Positions 1 to 13,200 of a DNA stretch of 64,000 nt are shown piece by piece (position 1 is the stretch's first letter; each line of letters opens with the position of its first letter). The notes beneath the pieces are model-generated. The model did not search any database and was not told the DNA's origin. It saw nothing but the letters and a program-made list of their open reading frames with translations. The DNA comes from the human T2T-CHM13v2.0 reference genome, Homo sapiens: NCBI RefSeq assembly GCF_009914755.1, contig NC_060933.1. One strand, written 5' to 3'. A program made the translations under genes and the position numbers.

Positions 1-290
1 AGAAACTTCTCTGTGATGTTTGCATTCAACTCATAGAGTTGAACACTTCCCTTCATACAGCAGGTTTGAAACACTCTTTTTCTAATATTTGGAAGTGGAC
101 TTTTGCAGCGCTTTGAAGCCTATGATGAAAAAGGTAATATCTTCCCATAAAAACTAGAAAGAAGCATTCTCAGAAACTTGTTTGTGATGTGTGTATTCAA
201 CTAACAGAGATGAACCTTTCTTTTTACAGAGCAGTTTTGAAGCACTCTTTTTGTAGAATCTGCAAGTGGATATTTTGATACCATTGAGGA

Positions 291-307
291 TTTCGTTGGA
301 CACGGGA
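291..307 (+). promoter_or_regulatory. Variant CENP-B box in the first trimer monomer, core intact (representative)
   Basis: TTTCGTTGGACACGGGA keeps the nTTCGnnnnAnnCGGGn core. Confidence 0.85.
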
Positions 308-460
308 TATCTTCATATAAAATCTAGACAGAAGCATTCTCAGAAACTTCTTTGTGCTGTATGTCCTCAATTAACAGAGTTGAACCTTTGTGTGGATACA
401 GCATTTTGGAAACATTCCTTTAGTAGAATCTGCAAGTTGATATTTAGATAGCTAGGAAGA

Positions 461-477
461 GTTCCTTGGAAACGGGA
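461..477 (+). promoter_or_regulatory. Degenerate, predicted non-binding CENP-B box in the second trimer monomer (representative)
   Basis: (G/T)TTCCTTGGAAACGGGA: core TTCG changed to TTCC in every HOR inspected. Confidence 0.85.
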
Positions 478-802
478 ATATCTTCATATAAAATCTAGAC
501 GGAAGCATTCTCAGAAAGTGCTTTGTGATGTTTGCATTCAAGTCACAGAGTTGAATGTTCCCTTTTATAGAGCAGGTTTGAAACACTCTTTCTGCACTAC
601 CTGGAAGTGGACATTTGGAGCGCTTTGAGGCCTATGTTGAAAAAGGAAATATCTTCCCATAAAAACTAGACAGAAGCATTCTCAGAAACTTGTTTGTGAT
701 GTGTGTATTCAACTAACAGAGATGAACCTTTCTTTTTACAGAGCAGTTTTGAAACACTCTTTTTGTGGAATCTGAAAGTGGATATTTGGATAGCTTTGAG
801 GA

Positions 803-819
803 TTTCGTTGGAAACGGGA
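803..819 (+). promoter_or_regulatory. Canonical CENP-B box (representative; two per tetramer throughout)
   Basis: TTTCGTTGGAAACGGGA matches YTTCGTTGGAARCGGGA; next copies follow at ~340-bp spacing (1141, 1483, 1821). Confidence 0.97.
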
Positions 820-969
820 TTACATATAAAACCTAGAGAGAAGCATTCTCAGGAACTTCTTTGTGATGTTTGCATTCAAGTCACAGAACTGAACATTCCC
901 TTTCATAGAGCAGGTTTGAAACACTCTTTCTGTAGTATCTGCAAGCTGACGTTTCAAGCGCTTTCAGGC

Positions 970-986
970 CTATGGTGAGAAAGGAA
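970..986 (+). promoter_or_regulatory. pJalpha-type box of A monomers (representative)
   Basis: CTATGGTGAGAAAGGAA occupies the position homologous to the CENP-B box; other A monomers carry CTATG(T/A)TGAAAAAGG(A/T)A. Confidence 0.75.
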
Positions 987-2034
987 ATATCTTCAAGTAA
1001 AAACTAGACAGAAGCATTCTCAGAAACTTATTTGCGATGTGTGTTCTCAACTAACAGAGTTGAACCTTTGTTTTGATATGGCATTTTGGAAACACTCTTT
1101 TTGTAGAATCTGCAGGTGGATATTCGGATAGCTTTGAAGGTTTCGTTGGAAACGGGAATATCTTCATATAAAATCTAGACGGAAGCATTCTCAGAAACTG
1201 CTTTGTGATGTTTTCATTCAAGTCACAGAGTAGAATGTTCCCTGTTATATACCAGGTTTGAGACACTCTTTCTGCACTACCTGGAAGTGGACATTTGCAG
1301 CGCTTTGAGGCCTATGATGAAAAAGGAAATATCTTCCCATAAAAACTAGACAGAAGCATTCTCAGAAACTTGTTTGTGATGTGTGTATTCAACTAACAGA
1401 GATGAACCTTTCTTTTTACAGAGCAGTTTTGAAACACTCTTTTTGTGGAATCTGAAAGTGGATATTTGGATAGCTTTGAGGATTTCGTTGGAAACGGGAT
1501 TACATATAAAATCTAGAGAGAAGCATTCTCAGGAACTTCTTTGTGATGTTTGCATTCACGTCACAGAACTGAACATTCCCTTTCATAGAGCATGTTTGAA
1601 ACACTCTTTCTGTAGTATCTACAAACGGACATTTCAAACGCTTTCAGGCCTATGGTGAGAAAGGAAATATCTTCAAATAAAAACTAGACAGAAGCATTCT
1701 CAGAAACTTATTTGCGATGTGTGTCCTCAACTAACAGAGTTGAACCTTTCTTTTGATACAACATTTTGGAAACACTCTTTTTGTAGAATCTGCAAGTGGA
1801 TATTTGCATAGCTTTGAAGGTTTCGTTGGAAACGGGAATATCTTCATATAAAATCAAGACAGAAGCATTCTCAGAAACTTCTCTGTGATGTTTGCATTCA
1901 ACTCATAGAGTTGAACACTTCCCTTCATACAGCAGGTTTGAAACACTCTTTTTGTAATATTTGGAAGTGGACATTTGCAGCGCTTTGAGGCCTATGTTGA
2001 AAAAGGAAATATCTTCTCCTAAAAACCTGACAGA

Positions 2035-4586
2035 AGCATTCTCAGAAACTTCCTAGTGATGTGTGTACTCAAGTAACAGAGTTGAACCTTCCTTTTGACA
2101 GAGCAGTTTTGAAGCACTCTTTTTGTAGAATCTGCAAGTGGATATTTTGATACCTTTGAGGATTTCATTGGACACGGGATATCTTCATATAAAATCTAGA
2201 CAGAAGCATTCTCAGAAACTTCTTTGTGCTGTATGTCCTCAATTAACAGAGTTGAACCTTTGTGTGGATACAGCATTTTGGAAACATTCCTTTAGTAGAA
2301 TCTGCAAGTTGATATTTAGATAGCTAGGAAGATTTCCTTGGAAACGGGAATATCTTCATATAAAATCTAGACGGAAGCATTCTCAGAAAGTGCTTTGTGA
2401 TGTTTGCATTCAAGTCACAGAGTTGAATATTCCCTTTTATAGAGCAGGTTTGAAACACTCTTTCTGCACTACCTGAAAGTGGACATTTGGAGCGCTTTGA
2501 GGCCTATGTTGAAAAACGAAATATCTTCCCATAAAAACTAGACAGAAGCATTCTCAGAAACTTGTTTGTGATGTGTGTATTCAACTAACAGAGATGAACC
2601 TTTCTTTTTACAGAGCAGTTTTGAAACACTCTTTTTGTGGAATCTGAAAGTGGATATTTGGATAGCTTTGAGGATTTCGTTGGAAACGGGATTACATATA
2701 AAACCTAGAGAGAAGCATTCTCAGGAACTTCTTTGTGATGTTTGCCTTCAAGTCACAGGACTGAACATTCCCTTTCATAGAGCAGGTTTGAAACACTCTT
2801 TCTGTAGTATCTGCAAGCTGACGTTTCAAGCGCTTTCAGGCCTATGGTGAGAAAGGAAATATCTTCAAGTAAAAACTAGACAGAAGCATTCTCAGAAACT
2901 TATTTGCCATGTGTGTTCTCAACTAACAGAGTTGAACCTTTGTTTTGATACGGCATTTTGGAAACACTCTTTTTGTAGAATCTGCAGGTGGATATTCGGA
3001 TAGCTTTGAAGGTTTCGTTGGAAACGGGAATATCTTCATATAAAATCTTGACGGAAGCATTCTCAGAAACTGCTTTGTGATGTTTTCATTCAAGTCACAG
3101 AGTAGAATCTTCCCTGTTATATACCAGGTTTCAGACAATCTTTCTGCACTACCTGGAAGTGGACATTTGCAGCGCTTTGAGGCCTATGATGAAAAAGGAA
3201 ATATCTTCCCATAAAAACTAGACAGAAGCATTCTCAGAAACTTGTTTGTGATGTGTGTATTCAACTAACAGAGATGAACCTTTCTTTTTACAGAGCAGTT
3301 TTGAAACACTCTTTTTGTGGAATCTGAAAGTGGATATTTAGATAGCTTTGAGGATTTCGTTGGAAACGGGATTACATATAAAATCTAGAGAGAAGCATTC
3401 TCAGGAACTTCTTTGTGATGTTTGCATTCACGTCACAGAACTGAACATTCCCTTTCATAGAGCATGTTTGAAACACTCTTTCTGTAGTATCTGCAAACGG
3501 ACATTTCAAACGCTTTCAGGCCTATGGTGAGAAAGGAAATATCTTCAAATAAAAACTAGACAGAAGCATTCTCAGAAACTTATTTGCGATGTGTGTCCTC
3601 AACTAACAGAGTTGAACCTTTCTTTTGATACAACATTTTGGAAACACTCTTTTTGTGGAATCTGCAAGTGGATATTTGGATAGCTTTGAAGGTTTCGTTG
3701 GAAACGGGAATATCTTCATATAAAATCAAGACAGAAGCATTCTCAGAAACTTCTCTGTGATGTTTGCATTCAACTCATAGAGTTGAACACTTCCCTTCAT
3801 ACAGCAGGTTTGAAACACTCTTTTTGTAATATTTGGAAGTGGACATTTGCAGCGCTTTGAGGCCTATGATGAAAAAGGTAATATCTTCCCATAAAAACTA
3901 GACAGAAGCATTCTCAGAAACTTGTTTGTGATGTGTGTATTCAACTAACAGAGATGAACCTTTCTTTTTACAGAGCAGTTTTGAAACACTCTTTTTGTGG
4001 AATCTGAAAGTGGATATTTGGATAGCTTTGCGGATTTCGTTGGAAACGGGATTACATATAAAATCTAGGGAGAAGCATTCTCAGGAACTTCTTTGTGATG
4101 TTTGCATTCAAGTCACAGAACTGAACATTCCCTTTCATAGAGCAGGTTTGAAACACTCTTTCTGTAGTATCTGCAAGCGGACGTTTTAAGCGCTTTCAGG
4201 CCTGTGGTGAGAAAGGAAATATCTTCAAAGAAAAACTAGACAGAAGCATTCTCAGAAACTTATTTGCGATGTGTGTCCTCAACTAACAGAGTTGAACCTT
4301 TCTTTTGATACAACATTTTGGAAACACTCTTTTTGTAGAATCTGCAAGTGGATATTTGGATAGCTTTGAAGGTTTCGTTGGAAACGGGAATATCTTCATA
4401 TGAAATCAAGACAGAAGCATTCTCAGAAACTTCTCTGTGATGTTTGCATTCAACTCATAGAGTTGAACACTTCTCTTCATACAGCAGGTTTGAAACACTC
4501 TTTTTCTAATATTTGGAAGTGGACATTTGCAGCGCTTTGAGGCCTATGTTGAAAAAGGAAATATCTTCTCCTAAAAACCAGACAGA
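2035..4586 (+). repeat. Representative 15-mer HOR (2552 bp): trimer + 3 tetramers
   Basis: Marker spacing 2138->4690 = 2552 = 1872 + 680; eight such intervals in the window. Confidence 0.95.
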
Positions 4587-7402
4587 AGCATTCTCAGAAA
4601 CTTCCTTGTGATGTGTGTACTCAAGTAACAGAGTTGAACCTTCCTTTTGACAGAGCAGTTTTGAAGCACTCTTTTTGTAGAATCTGCAAGTGGATATTTT
4701 GATACCATTGAGGATTTCGTTGGACACGGGATATCTTCATATAAAATCTAGACAGAAGCATTCTCAGAAACTTCTTTGTGCTGTATGTCCTCAATTAACA
4801 GAGTTGAACCTTTGTGTGGATACAGCATTTTGGAAACATTCCTTTAGTAGAATCTGCAAGTTGATATTTAGATAGCTAGGAAGAGTTCCTTGGAAACGGG
4901 AATATCTTCATATAAAATCTAGACGGAAGCATTCTCAGAAAGTGCTTTGTGATGTTTGCATTCAAGTCACAGAGTTGAATGTTCCCTTTTATAGAGCAGG
5001 TTTGAAACACTCTTTCTGCACTACCTGGAAGTGGACATTTGGAGCGCTTTGAGGCCTATGTTGAAAAAGGAAATATCTTCCCATAAAAACTAGACAGAAG
5101 CATTCTCAGAAACTTGTTTGTGATGTGTGTATTCAACTAACAGAGATGAACCTTTCTTTTTACAGAGCAGTTTTGAAACACTCTTTTTGTGGAATCTGAA
5201 AGTGGATATTTGGATAGCTTTGAGGATTTCGTTGGAAACGGGATTACATATAAAACCTAGAGAGAAGCATTCTCAGGAACTTCTTTGTGATGTTTGCATT
5301 CAAGTCACAGAACTGAACATTCCCTTTCATAGAGCAGGTTTGAAACACTCTTTCTGTAGTATCTGCAAGCTGACGTTTCAAGCGCTTTCAGGCCTATGGT
5401 GAGAAAGGAAATATCTTCAAGTAAAAACTAGACAGAAGCATTCTCAGAAACTTATTTGCGATGTGTGTTCTCAACTAACAGAGTTGAACCTTTGTTTTGA
5501 TATGGCATTTTGGAAACACTCTTTTTGTAGAATCTGCAGGTGGATATTCGGATAGCTTTGAAGGTTTCGTTGGAAACGGGAATATCTTCATATAAAATCT
5601 AGACGGAAGCATTCTCAGAAACTGCTTTGTGATGTTTTCATTCAAGTCACAGAGTAGAATGTTCCCTGTTATATACCAGGTTTGAGACACTCTTTCTGCA
5701 CTACCTGGAAGTGGACATTTGCAGCGCTTTGAGGCCTATGATGAAAAAGGAAATATCTTCCCATAAAAACTAGACAGAAGCATTCTCAGAAACTTGTTTG
5801 TGATGTGTGTATTCAACTAACAGAGATGAACCTTTCTTTTTACAGAGCAGTTTTGAAACACTCTTTTTGTGGAATCTGAAAGTGGATATTTGGATAGCTT
5901 TGAGGATTTCGTTGGAAACGGGATTACATATAAAATCTAGAGAGAAGCATTCTCAGGAACTTCTTTGTGATGTTTGCATTCACGTCACAGAACTGAACAT
6001 TCCCTTTCATAGAGCATGTTTGAAACACTCTTTCTGTAGTATCTACAAACGGACATTTCAAACGCTTTCAGGCCTATGGTGAGAAAGGAAATATCTTCAA
6101 ATAAAAACTAGACAGAAGCATTCTCAGAAACTTATTTGCGATGTGTGTCCTCAACTAACAGAGTTGAACCTTTCTTTTGATACAACATTTTGGAAACACT
6201 CTTTTTGTAGAATCTGCAAGTGGATATTTGAATAGCTTTGAAGGTTTCGTTGGAAACGGGAATATCTTCATATAAAATCAAGACAGAAGCATTCTCAGAA
6301 ACTTCTCTGTGATGTTTGCATTCAACTCATAGAGTTGAACACTTCCCTTCATACAGCAGGTTTGAAACACTCTTTTTGTAACATTTGGAAGTGGACATTT
6401 GCAGCGCTTTGAGGCCTATGTTGAAAAAGGAAATATCTTCTCCTAAAAACCAGACAGAAGCATTCTCAGAAACTTCCTTGTGATGTGTGTACTCAAGTAA
6501 CAGAGTTGAACCTTCCTTTTGACAGAGCAGTTTTGAAGCACTCTTTTTGTAGAATCTGCAAGTGGATATTTTGATACCTTTGAGGATTTCGTTGGACACG
6601 GGATATCTTCATATAAAATCTAGACAGAAGCATTCTCAGAAACTTCTTTGTGCTGTATGTCCTCAATTAACAGAGTTGAACCTTTGTGTGGATACAGCAT
6701 TTTGGAAACATTCCTTTAGTAGAATCTGCAAGTTGATATTTAGATAGCTAGGAAGATTTCCTTGGAAACGGGAATATCTTCATATAAAATCTAGACGGAA
6801 GCATTCTCAGAAAGTGCTTTGTGATGTTTGCATTCAAGTCACAGAGTTGAATATTCCCTTTTATAGAGCAGGTTTGAAACACTCTTTCTGCACTACCTGG
6901 AAGTGGACATTTGGAGCGCTTTGAGGCCTATGTTGAAAAAGGAAATATCTTCCCATAAAAACTAGACAGAAGCATTCTCAGAAACTTGTTTGTGATGTGT
7001 GTATTCAACTAACAGAGATGAACCTTTCTTTTTACAGAGCAGTTTTGAAACACTCTTTTTGTGGAATCTGAAAGTGGATATTTGGATAGCTTTGAGGATT
7101 TCGTTGGAAACGGGATTACATATAAAACCTAGAGAGAAACATTCTCAGGAACTTCTTTGTGATGTTTGCCTTCAAGTCACAGGACTGAACATTCCCTTTC
7201 ATAGAGCAGGTTTGAAACACTCTTTCTGTAGTATCTGCAAGCTGACGTTTCAAGCGCTTTCAGGCCTATGGTGAGAAAGGAAATATCTTCAAGTAAAAAC
7301 TAGACAGAAGCATTCTCAGAAACTTATTTGCCATGTGTGTTCTCAACTAACAGAGTTGAACCTTTGTTTTGATACGGCAATTTGGAAACACTCTTTTTGT
7401 AG

Positions 7403-7510
7403 AATCTGCAGGTGGATATTCGGATAGCTTTGAAGGTTTCGTTGGAAACGGGAATAAATCTGCAGGTGGATATTCGGATAGCTTTGAAGGTTTCGTTGGA
7501 AACGGGAATA
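7403..7510 (+). repeat. 2 x 54-bp tandem duplication inside a B monomer, with two CENP-B boxes (7437-7453, 7491-7507)
   Basis: AATCTGCAGGTGGATATTCGGATAGCTTTGAAGGTTTCGTTGGAAACGGGAATA at 7403-7456 and 7457-7510; HOR length 1926 = 1872 + 54. Confidence 0.97.
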
Positions 7511-10256
7511 TCATCATATAAAATCTTGACGGAAGCATTCTCAGAAACTGCTTTGTGATGTTTTCATTCAAGTCACAGAGTAGAATCTTCCCTGTTATAT
7601 ACCAGGTTTCAGACACTCTTTCTGCACTACCTGGAAGTGGACATTTGCAGCGCTTTGAGGCCTATGATGAAAAAGGAAATATCTTCCCATAAAAACTAGA
7701 CAGAAGCATTCTCAGAAACTTGTTTGTGATGTGTGTATTCAACTAACAGAGATGAACCTTTCTTTTTACAGAGCAGTTTTGAAACACTCTTTTTGTGGAA
7801 TCTGAAAGTGGATATTTGGATAGCTTTGAGGATTTCGTTGGAAACGGGATTACATATAAAATCTAGAGAGAAGCATTCTCAGGAACTTCTTTGTGATGTT
7901 TGCATTCACGTCACAGAACTGAACATTCCCTTTCATAGAGCATGTTTGAAACACTCTTTCTGTAGTATCTGCAAACGGACATTTCAAACGCTTTCAGGCC
8001 TATGGTGAGAAAGGAAATATCTTCAAATAAAAACTAGACAGAAGCATTCTCAGAAACTTATTTGCGATGTGTGTCCTCAACTAACAGAGTTGAACCTTTC
8101 TTTTGATACAACATTTTGGAAACACTCTTTTTGTGGAATCTGCAAGTGGATATTTGGATAGCTTTGAAGGTTTCGTTGGAAACGGGAATATCTTCATATA
8201 AAATCAAGACAGAAGCATTCTCAAAAACTTCTCTGTGATGTTTGCATTCAACTCATAGAGTTGAACACTTCCCTTCATACAGCAGGTTTGAAACACTCTT
8301 TTTCTAATATTTGGAAGTGGACTTTTGCAGCTCTTTGAGGCCTATGATGAAAAAGGTAATATCTTCCCATAAAAACTAGAAAGAAGCATTCTCAGAAACT
8401 TGTTTGTGATGTGTGTATTCAACTAACAGAGATGAACCTTTCTTTTTACAGAGCAGTTTTGAAGCACTCTTTTTGTAGAATCTGCAAGTGGATATTTTGA
8501 TACCATTGAGGATTTCGTTGGACACGGGATATCTTCATATAAAATCTAGACAGAAGCATTCTCAGAAACTTCTTTGTGCTGTATGTCCTCAATTAACAGA
8601 GTTGAACCTTTGTGTGGATACAGCATTTTGGAAACATTCCTTTAGTAGAATCTGCAAGTTGATATTTAGATAGCTAGGAAGAGTTCCCTGGAAACGGGAA
8701 TATCTTCATATAAAATCTAGACGGAAGCATTCTCAGAAAGTGCTTTGTGATGTTTGCATTCAAGTCACAGAGTTGAATGTTCCCTTTTATAGAGCAGGTT
8801 TGAAACACTCTTTCTGCACTACCTGGAAGTGGACATTTGGAGCGCTTTGAGGCCTATGTTGAAAAAGGAAATATCTTCCCATAAAAACTAGACAGAAGCA
8901 TTCTCAGAAACTTGTTTGTGATGTGTGTATTCAACTAACAGAGATGAACCTTTCTTTTTACAGAGCAGTTTTGAAACACTCTTTTTGTGGAATCTGAAAG
9001 TGGATATTTGGATAGCTTTGAGGATTTCGTTGGAAACGGGATTACATATAAAACCTAGAGAGAAGCATTCTCAGGAACTTCTTTGTGATGTTTGCATTCA
9101 AGTCACAGAACTGAACATTCCCTTTCATAGAGCAGGTTTGAAACACTCTTTCGGTAGTATCTGCAAGCTGACGTTTCAAGCGCTTTCAGGCCTATGGTGA
9201 GAAAGGAAATATCTTCAAGTAAAAACTAGACAGAAGCATTCTCAGAAACTTATTTGCGATGTGTGTTCTCAACTAACAGAGTTGAACCTTTGTTTTGATA
9301 TGGCATTTTGGAAACACTCTTTTTGTAGAATCTGCAGGTGGATATTCGGATAGCTTTGAAGGTTTCGTTGGAAACGGGAATATCTTCATATAAAATCTAG
9401 ACGGAAGCATTCTCAGAAACTGCTTTGTGATGTTTTCATTCAAGTCACAGAGTAGAATGTTCCCTGTTATATACCAGGTTTGAGACACTCTTTCTGCACT
9501 ACCTGGAAGTGGACATTTGCAGCGCTTTGAGGCCTATGATGAAAAAGGAAATATCTTCCCATAAAAACTAGACAGAAGCATTCTCAGAAACTTGTTTGTG
9601 ATGTGTGTATTCAACTAACAGAGATGAACCTTTCTTTTTACAGAGCAGTTTTGAAACACTCTTTTTGTGGAATCTGAAAGTGGATATTTGGATAGCTTTG
9701 AGGATTTCGTTGGAAACGGGATTACATATAAAATCTAGAGAGAAGCATTCTCAGGAACTTCTTTGTGATGTTTGCATTCACGTCACAGAACTGAACATTC
9801 CCTTTCATAGAGCATGTTTGAAACACTCTTTCTGTAGTATCTACAAACGGACATTTCAAACGCTTTCAGGCCTATGGTGAGAAAGGAAATATCTTCAAAT
9901 AAAAACTAGACAGAAGCATTCTCAGAAACTTATTTGCGATGTGTGTCCTCAACTAACAGAGTTGAACCTTTCTTTTGATACAACATTTTGGAAACACTCT
10001 TTTTGTAGAATCTGCAAGTGGATATTTGAATAGCTTTGAAGGTTTCGTTGGAAACGGGAATATCTTCATATAAAATCAAGACAGAAGCATTCTCAGAAAC
10101 TTCTCTGTGATGTTTGCATTCAACTCATAGAGTTGAACACTTCCCTTCATACAGCAGGTTTGAAACACTCTTTTTGTAACATTTGGAAGTGGACATTTGC
10201 AGCGCTTTGAGGCCTATGTTGAAAAAGGAAATATCTTCTCCTAAAAACCAGACAGA

Positions 10257-13200
10257 AGCATTCTCAGAAACTTCCTTGTGATGTGTGTACTCAAGTAACA
10301 GAGTTGAACCTTCCTTTTGACAGAGCAGTTTTGAAGCACTCTTTTTGTAGAATCTGCAAGTGGATATTTTGATACCTTTGAGGATTTCGTTGGACACGGG
10401 ATATCTTCATATAAAATCTAGACAGAAGCATTCTCAGAAACTTCTTTGTGCTGTATGTCCTCAATTAACAGAGTTGAACCTTTGTGTGGATACAGCATTT
10501 TGGAAACATTCCTTTAGTAGAATCTGCAAGTTGATATTTAGATAGCTAGGAAGATTTCCTTGGAAACGGGAATATCTTCATATAAAATCTAGACGGAAGC
10601 ATTCTCAGAAAGTGCTTTGTGATGTTTGCATTCAAGTCACAGAGTTGAATATTCCCTTTTATAGAGCAGGTTTGAAACACTCTTTCTGCACTACCTGGAA
10701 GTGGACATTTGGAGCGCTTTGAGGCCTATGTTGAAAAAGGAAATATCTTCCCATAAAAACTAGACAGAAGCATTCTCAGAAACTTGTTTGTGATGTGTGT
10801 ATTCAACTAACAGAGATGAACCTTTCTTTTTACAGAGCAGTTTTGAAACACTCTTTTTGTGGAATCTGAAAGTGGATATTTGGATAGCTTTGAGGATTTC
10901 GTTGGAAACGGGATTACATATAAAACCTAGAGAGAAGCATTCTCAGGAACTTCTTTGTGATGTTTGCCTTCAAGTCACAGGACTGAACATTCCCTTTCAT
11001 AGAGCAGGTTTGAAACACTCTTTCTGTAGTATCTGCAAGCTGACGTTTCAAGCGCTTTCAGGCCTATGGTGAGAAAGGAAATATCTTCAAGTAAAAACTG
11101 GACAGAAGCATTCTCAGAAACTTATTTGCCATGTGTGTTCTCAACTAACAGAGTTGAACCTTTGTTTTGATACGGCATTTTGGAAACACTCTTTTTGTAG
11201 AATCTGCAGGTGGATATTCGGATAGCTTTGAAGGTTTCGTTGGAAACGGGAATATCTTCATATAAAATCTTGACGGAAGCATTCTCAGAAACTGCTTTGT
11301 GATGTTTTCATTCAAGTCACAGAGTAGAATCTTCCCTGTTATATACCAGGTTTCAGACACTCTTTCTGCACTACCTGGAAGTGGACATTTGCAGCGCTTT
11401 GAGGCCTATGATGAAAAAGGAAATATCTTCCCATAAAAACTAGACAGAAGCATTCTCAGAAACTTGTTTGTGATGTGTGTATTCAACTAACAGAGATGAA
11501 CCTTTCTTTTTACAGAGCAGTTTTGAAACACTCTTTTTGTGGAATCTGAAAGTGGATATTTGGATAGCTTTGAGGATTTCGTTGGAAACGGGATTACATA
11601 TAAAACCTAGAGAGAAGCATTCTCAGGAACTTCTTTGTGATGTTTGCATTCAAGTCACAGAACTGAACATTCCCTTTCATAGAGCAGGTTTGAAACACTC
11701 TTTCTGTAGTATCTGCAAGCTGACGTTTCAAGCGCTTTCAGGCCTATGGTGAGAAAGGAAATATCTTCAAGTAAAAACTAGACAGAAGCATTCTCAGAAA
11801 CTTATTTGCGATGTGTGTTCTCAACTAACAGAGTTGAACCTTTGTTTTGATATGGCATTTTGGAAACACTCTTTTTGTAGAATCTGCAGGTGGATATTCG
11901 GATAGCTTTGAAGGTTTCGTTGGAAACGGGAATATCTTCATATAAAATCTAGACGGAAGCATTCTCAGAAACTGCTTTGTGATGTTTTCATTCAAGTCAC
12001 AGAGTAGAATGTTCCCTGTTATATACCAGGTTTGAGACACTCTTTCTGCACTACCTGGAAGTGGACATTTGCAGCGCTTTGAGGCCTATGATGAAAAAGG
12101 AAATATCTTCCCATAAAAACTAGACAGAAGCATTCTCAGAAACTTGTTTGTGATGTGTGTATTCAACTAACAGAGATGAACCTTTCTTTTTACAGAGCAG
12201 TTTCGAAACACTCTTTTTGTGGAATCTGAAAGTGGATATTTGGATAGCTTTGAGGATTTCGTTGGAAACGGGATTACATATAAAATCTAGAGAGAAGCAT
12301 TCTCAGGAACTTCTTTGTGATGTTTGCATTCACGTCACAGAACTGAACATTCCCTTTCATAGAGCATGTTTGAAACACTCTTTCTGTAGTATCTACAAAC
12401 GGACATTTCAAACGCTTTCAGGCCTATGGTGAGAAAGGAAATATCTTCAAATAAAAACTAGACAGAAGCATTCTCAGAAACTTATTTGCGATGTGTGTCC
12501 TCAACTAACAGAGTTGAACCTTTCTTTTGATACAACATTTTGGAAACACTCTTTTTGTAGAATCTGCAAGTGGATATTTGGATAGCTTTGAAGGTTTCGT
12601 TGGAAACGGGAATATCTTCATATAAAATCAAGACAGAAGCATTCTCAGAAACTTCTCTGTGATGTTTGCATTCAACTCATAGAGTTGAACACTTCCCTTC
12701 ATACAGCAGGTTTGAAACACTCTTTTTCTAATATTTGGAAGTGGACTTTTGCAGCGCTTTGAAGCCTATGATGAAAAAGGTAATATCTTCCCATAAAAAC
12801 TAGACAGAAGCATTCTCAGAAACTTGTTTGTGATGTGTGTATTCAACTAACAGAGATGAACCTTTCTTTTTACAGAGCAGTTTTGAAACACTCTTTTTGT
12901 GGAATCTGAAAGTGGATATTTGGATAGCTTTGCGGATTTCGTTGGAAACGGGATTACATATAAAATCTAGGGAGAAGCATTCTCAGGAACTTCTTTGTGA
13001 TGTTTGCATTCAAGTCACAGAACTGAACATTCCCTTTCATAGAGCAGGTTTGAAACACTCTTTCTGTAGTATCTGCAAGCGGACGTTTTAAGCGCTTTCA
13101 GGCCTGTGGTGAGAAAGGAAATATCTTCAAATAAAAACTAGACAGAAGCATTCTCAGAAACTTATTTGCGATGTGTGTCCTCAACTAACAGAGTTGAACC

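Larger units (their letters stand above)
163..2034 (+). repeat. Representative 11-mer HOR (1872 bp): trimer + 2 tetramers; commonest unit (13 of 29 intervals)
   Basis: Marker spacing 266->2138 = 1872; internal 680-bp step 703->1383. Phase is arbitrary, set at AGCATTCT. Confidence 0.95.
1..10806 (+). repeat. Block repeated at +53194 bp (left copy, open at window start)
   Basis: Markers 266/2138/4690/6562/8488/10360 map to 53460/55332/57884/59756/61682/63554 and share rare variants. Confidence 0.88.

Noticed and set aside
7347-7616. 89-aa ORF with an internal 18-aa repeat
   Set aside because: It is the translation of the 54-bp DNA duplication, which happens to be a multiple of 3.
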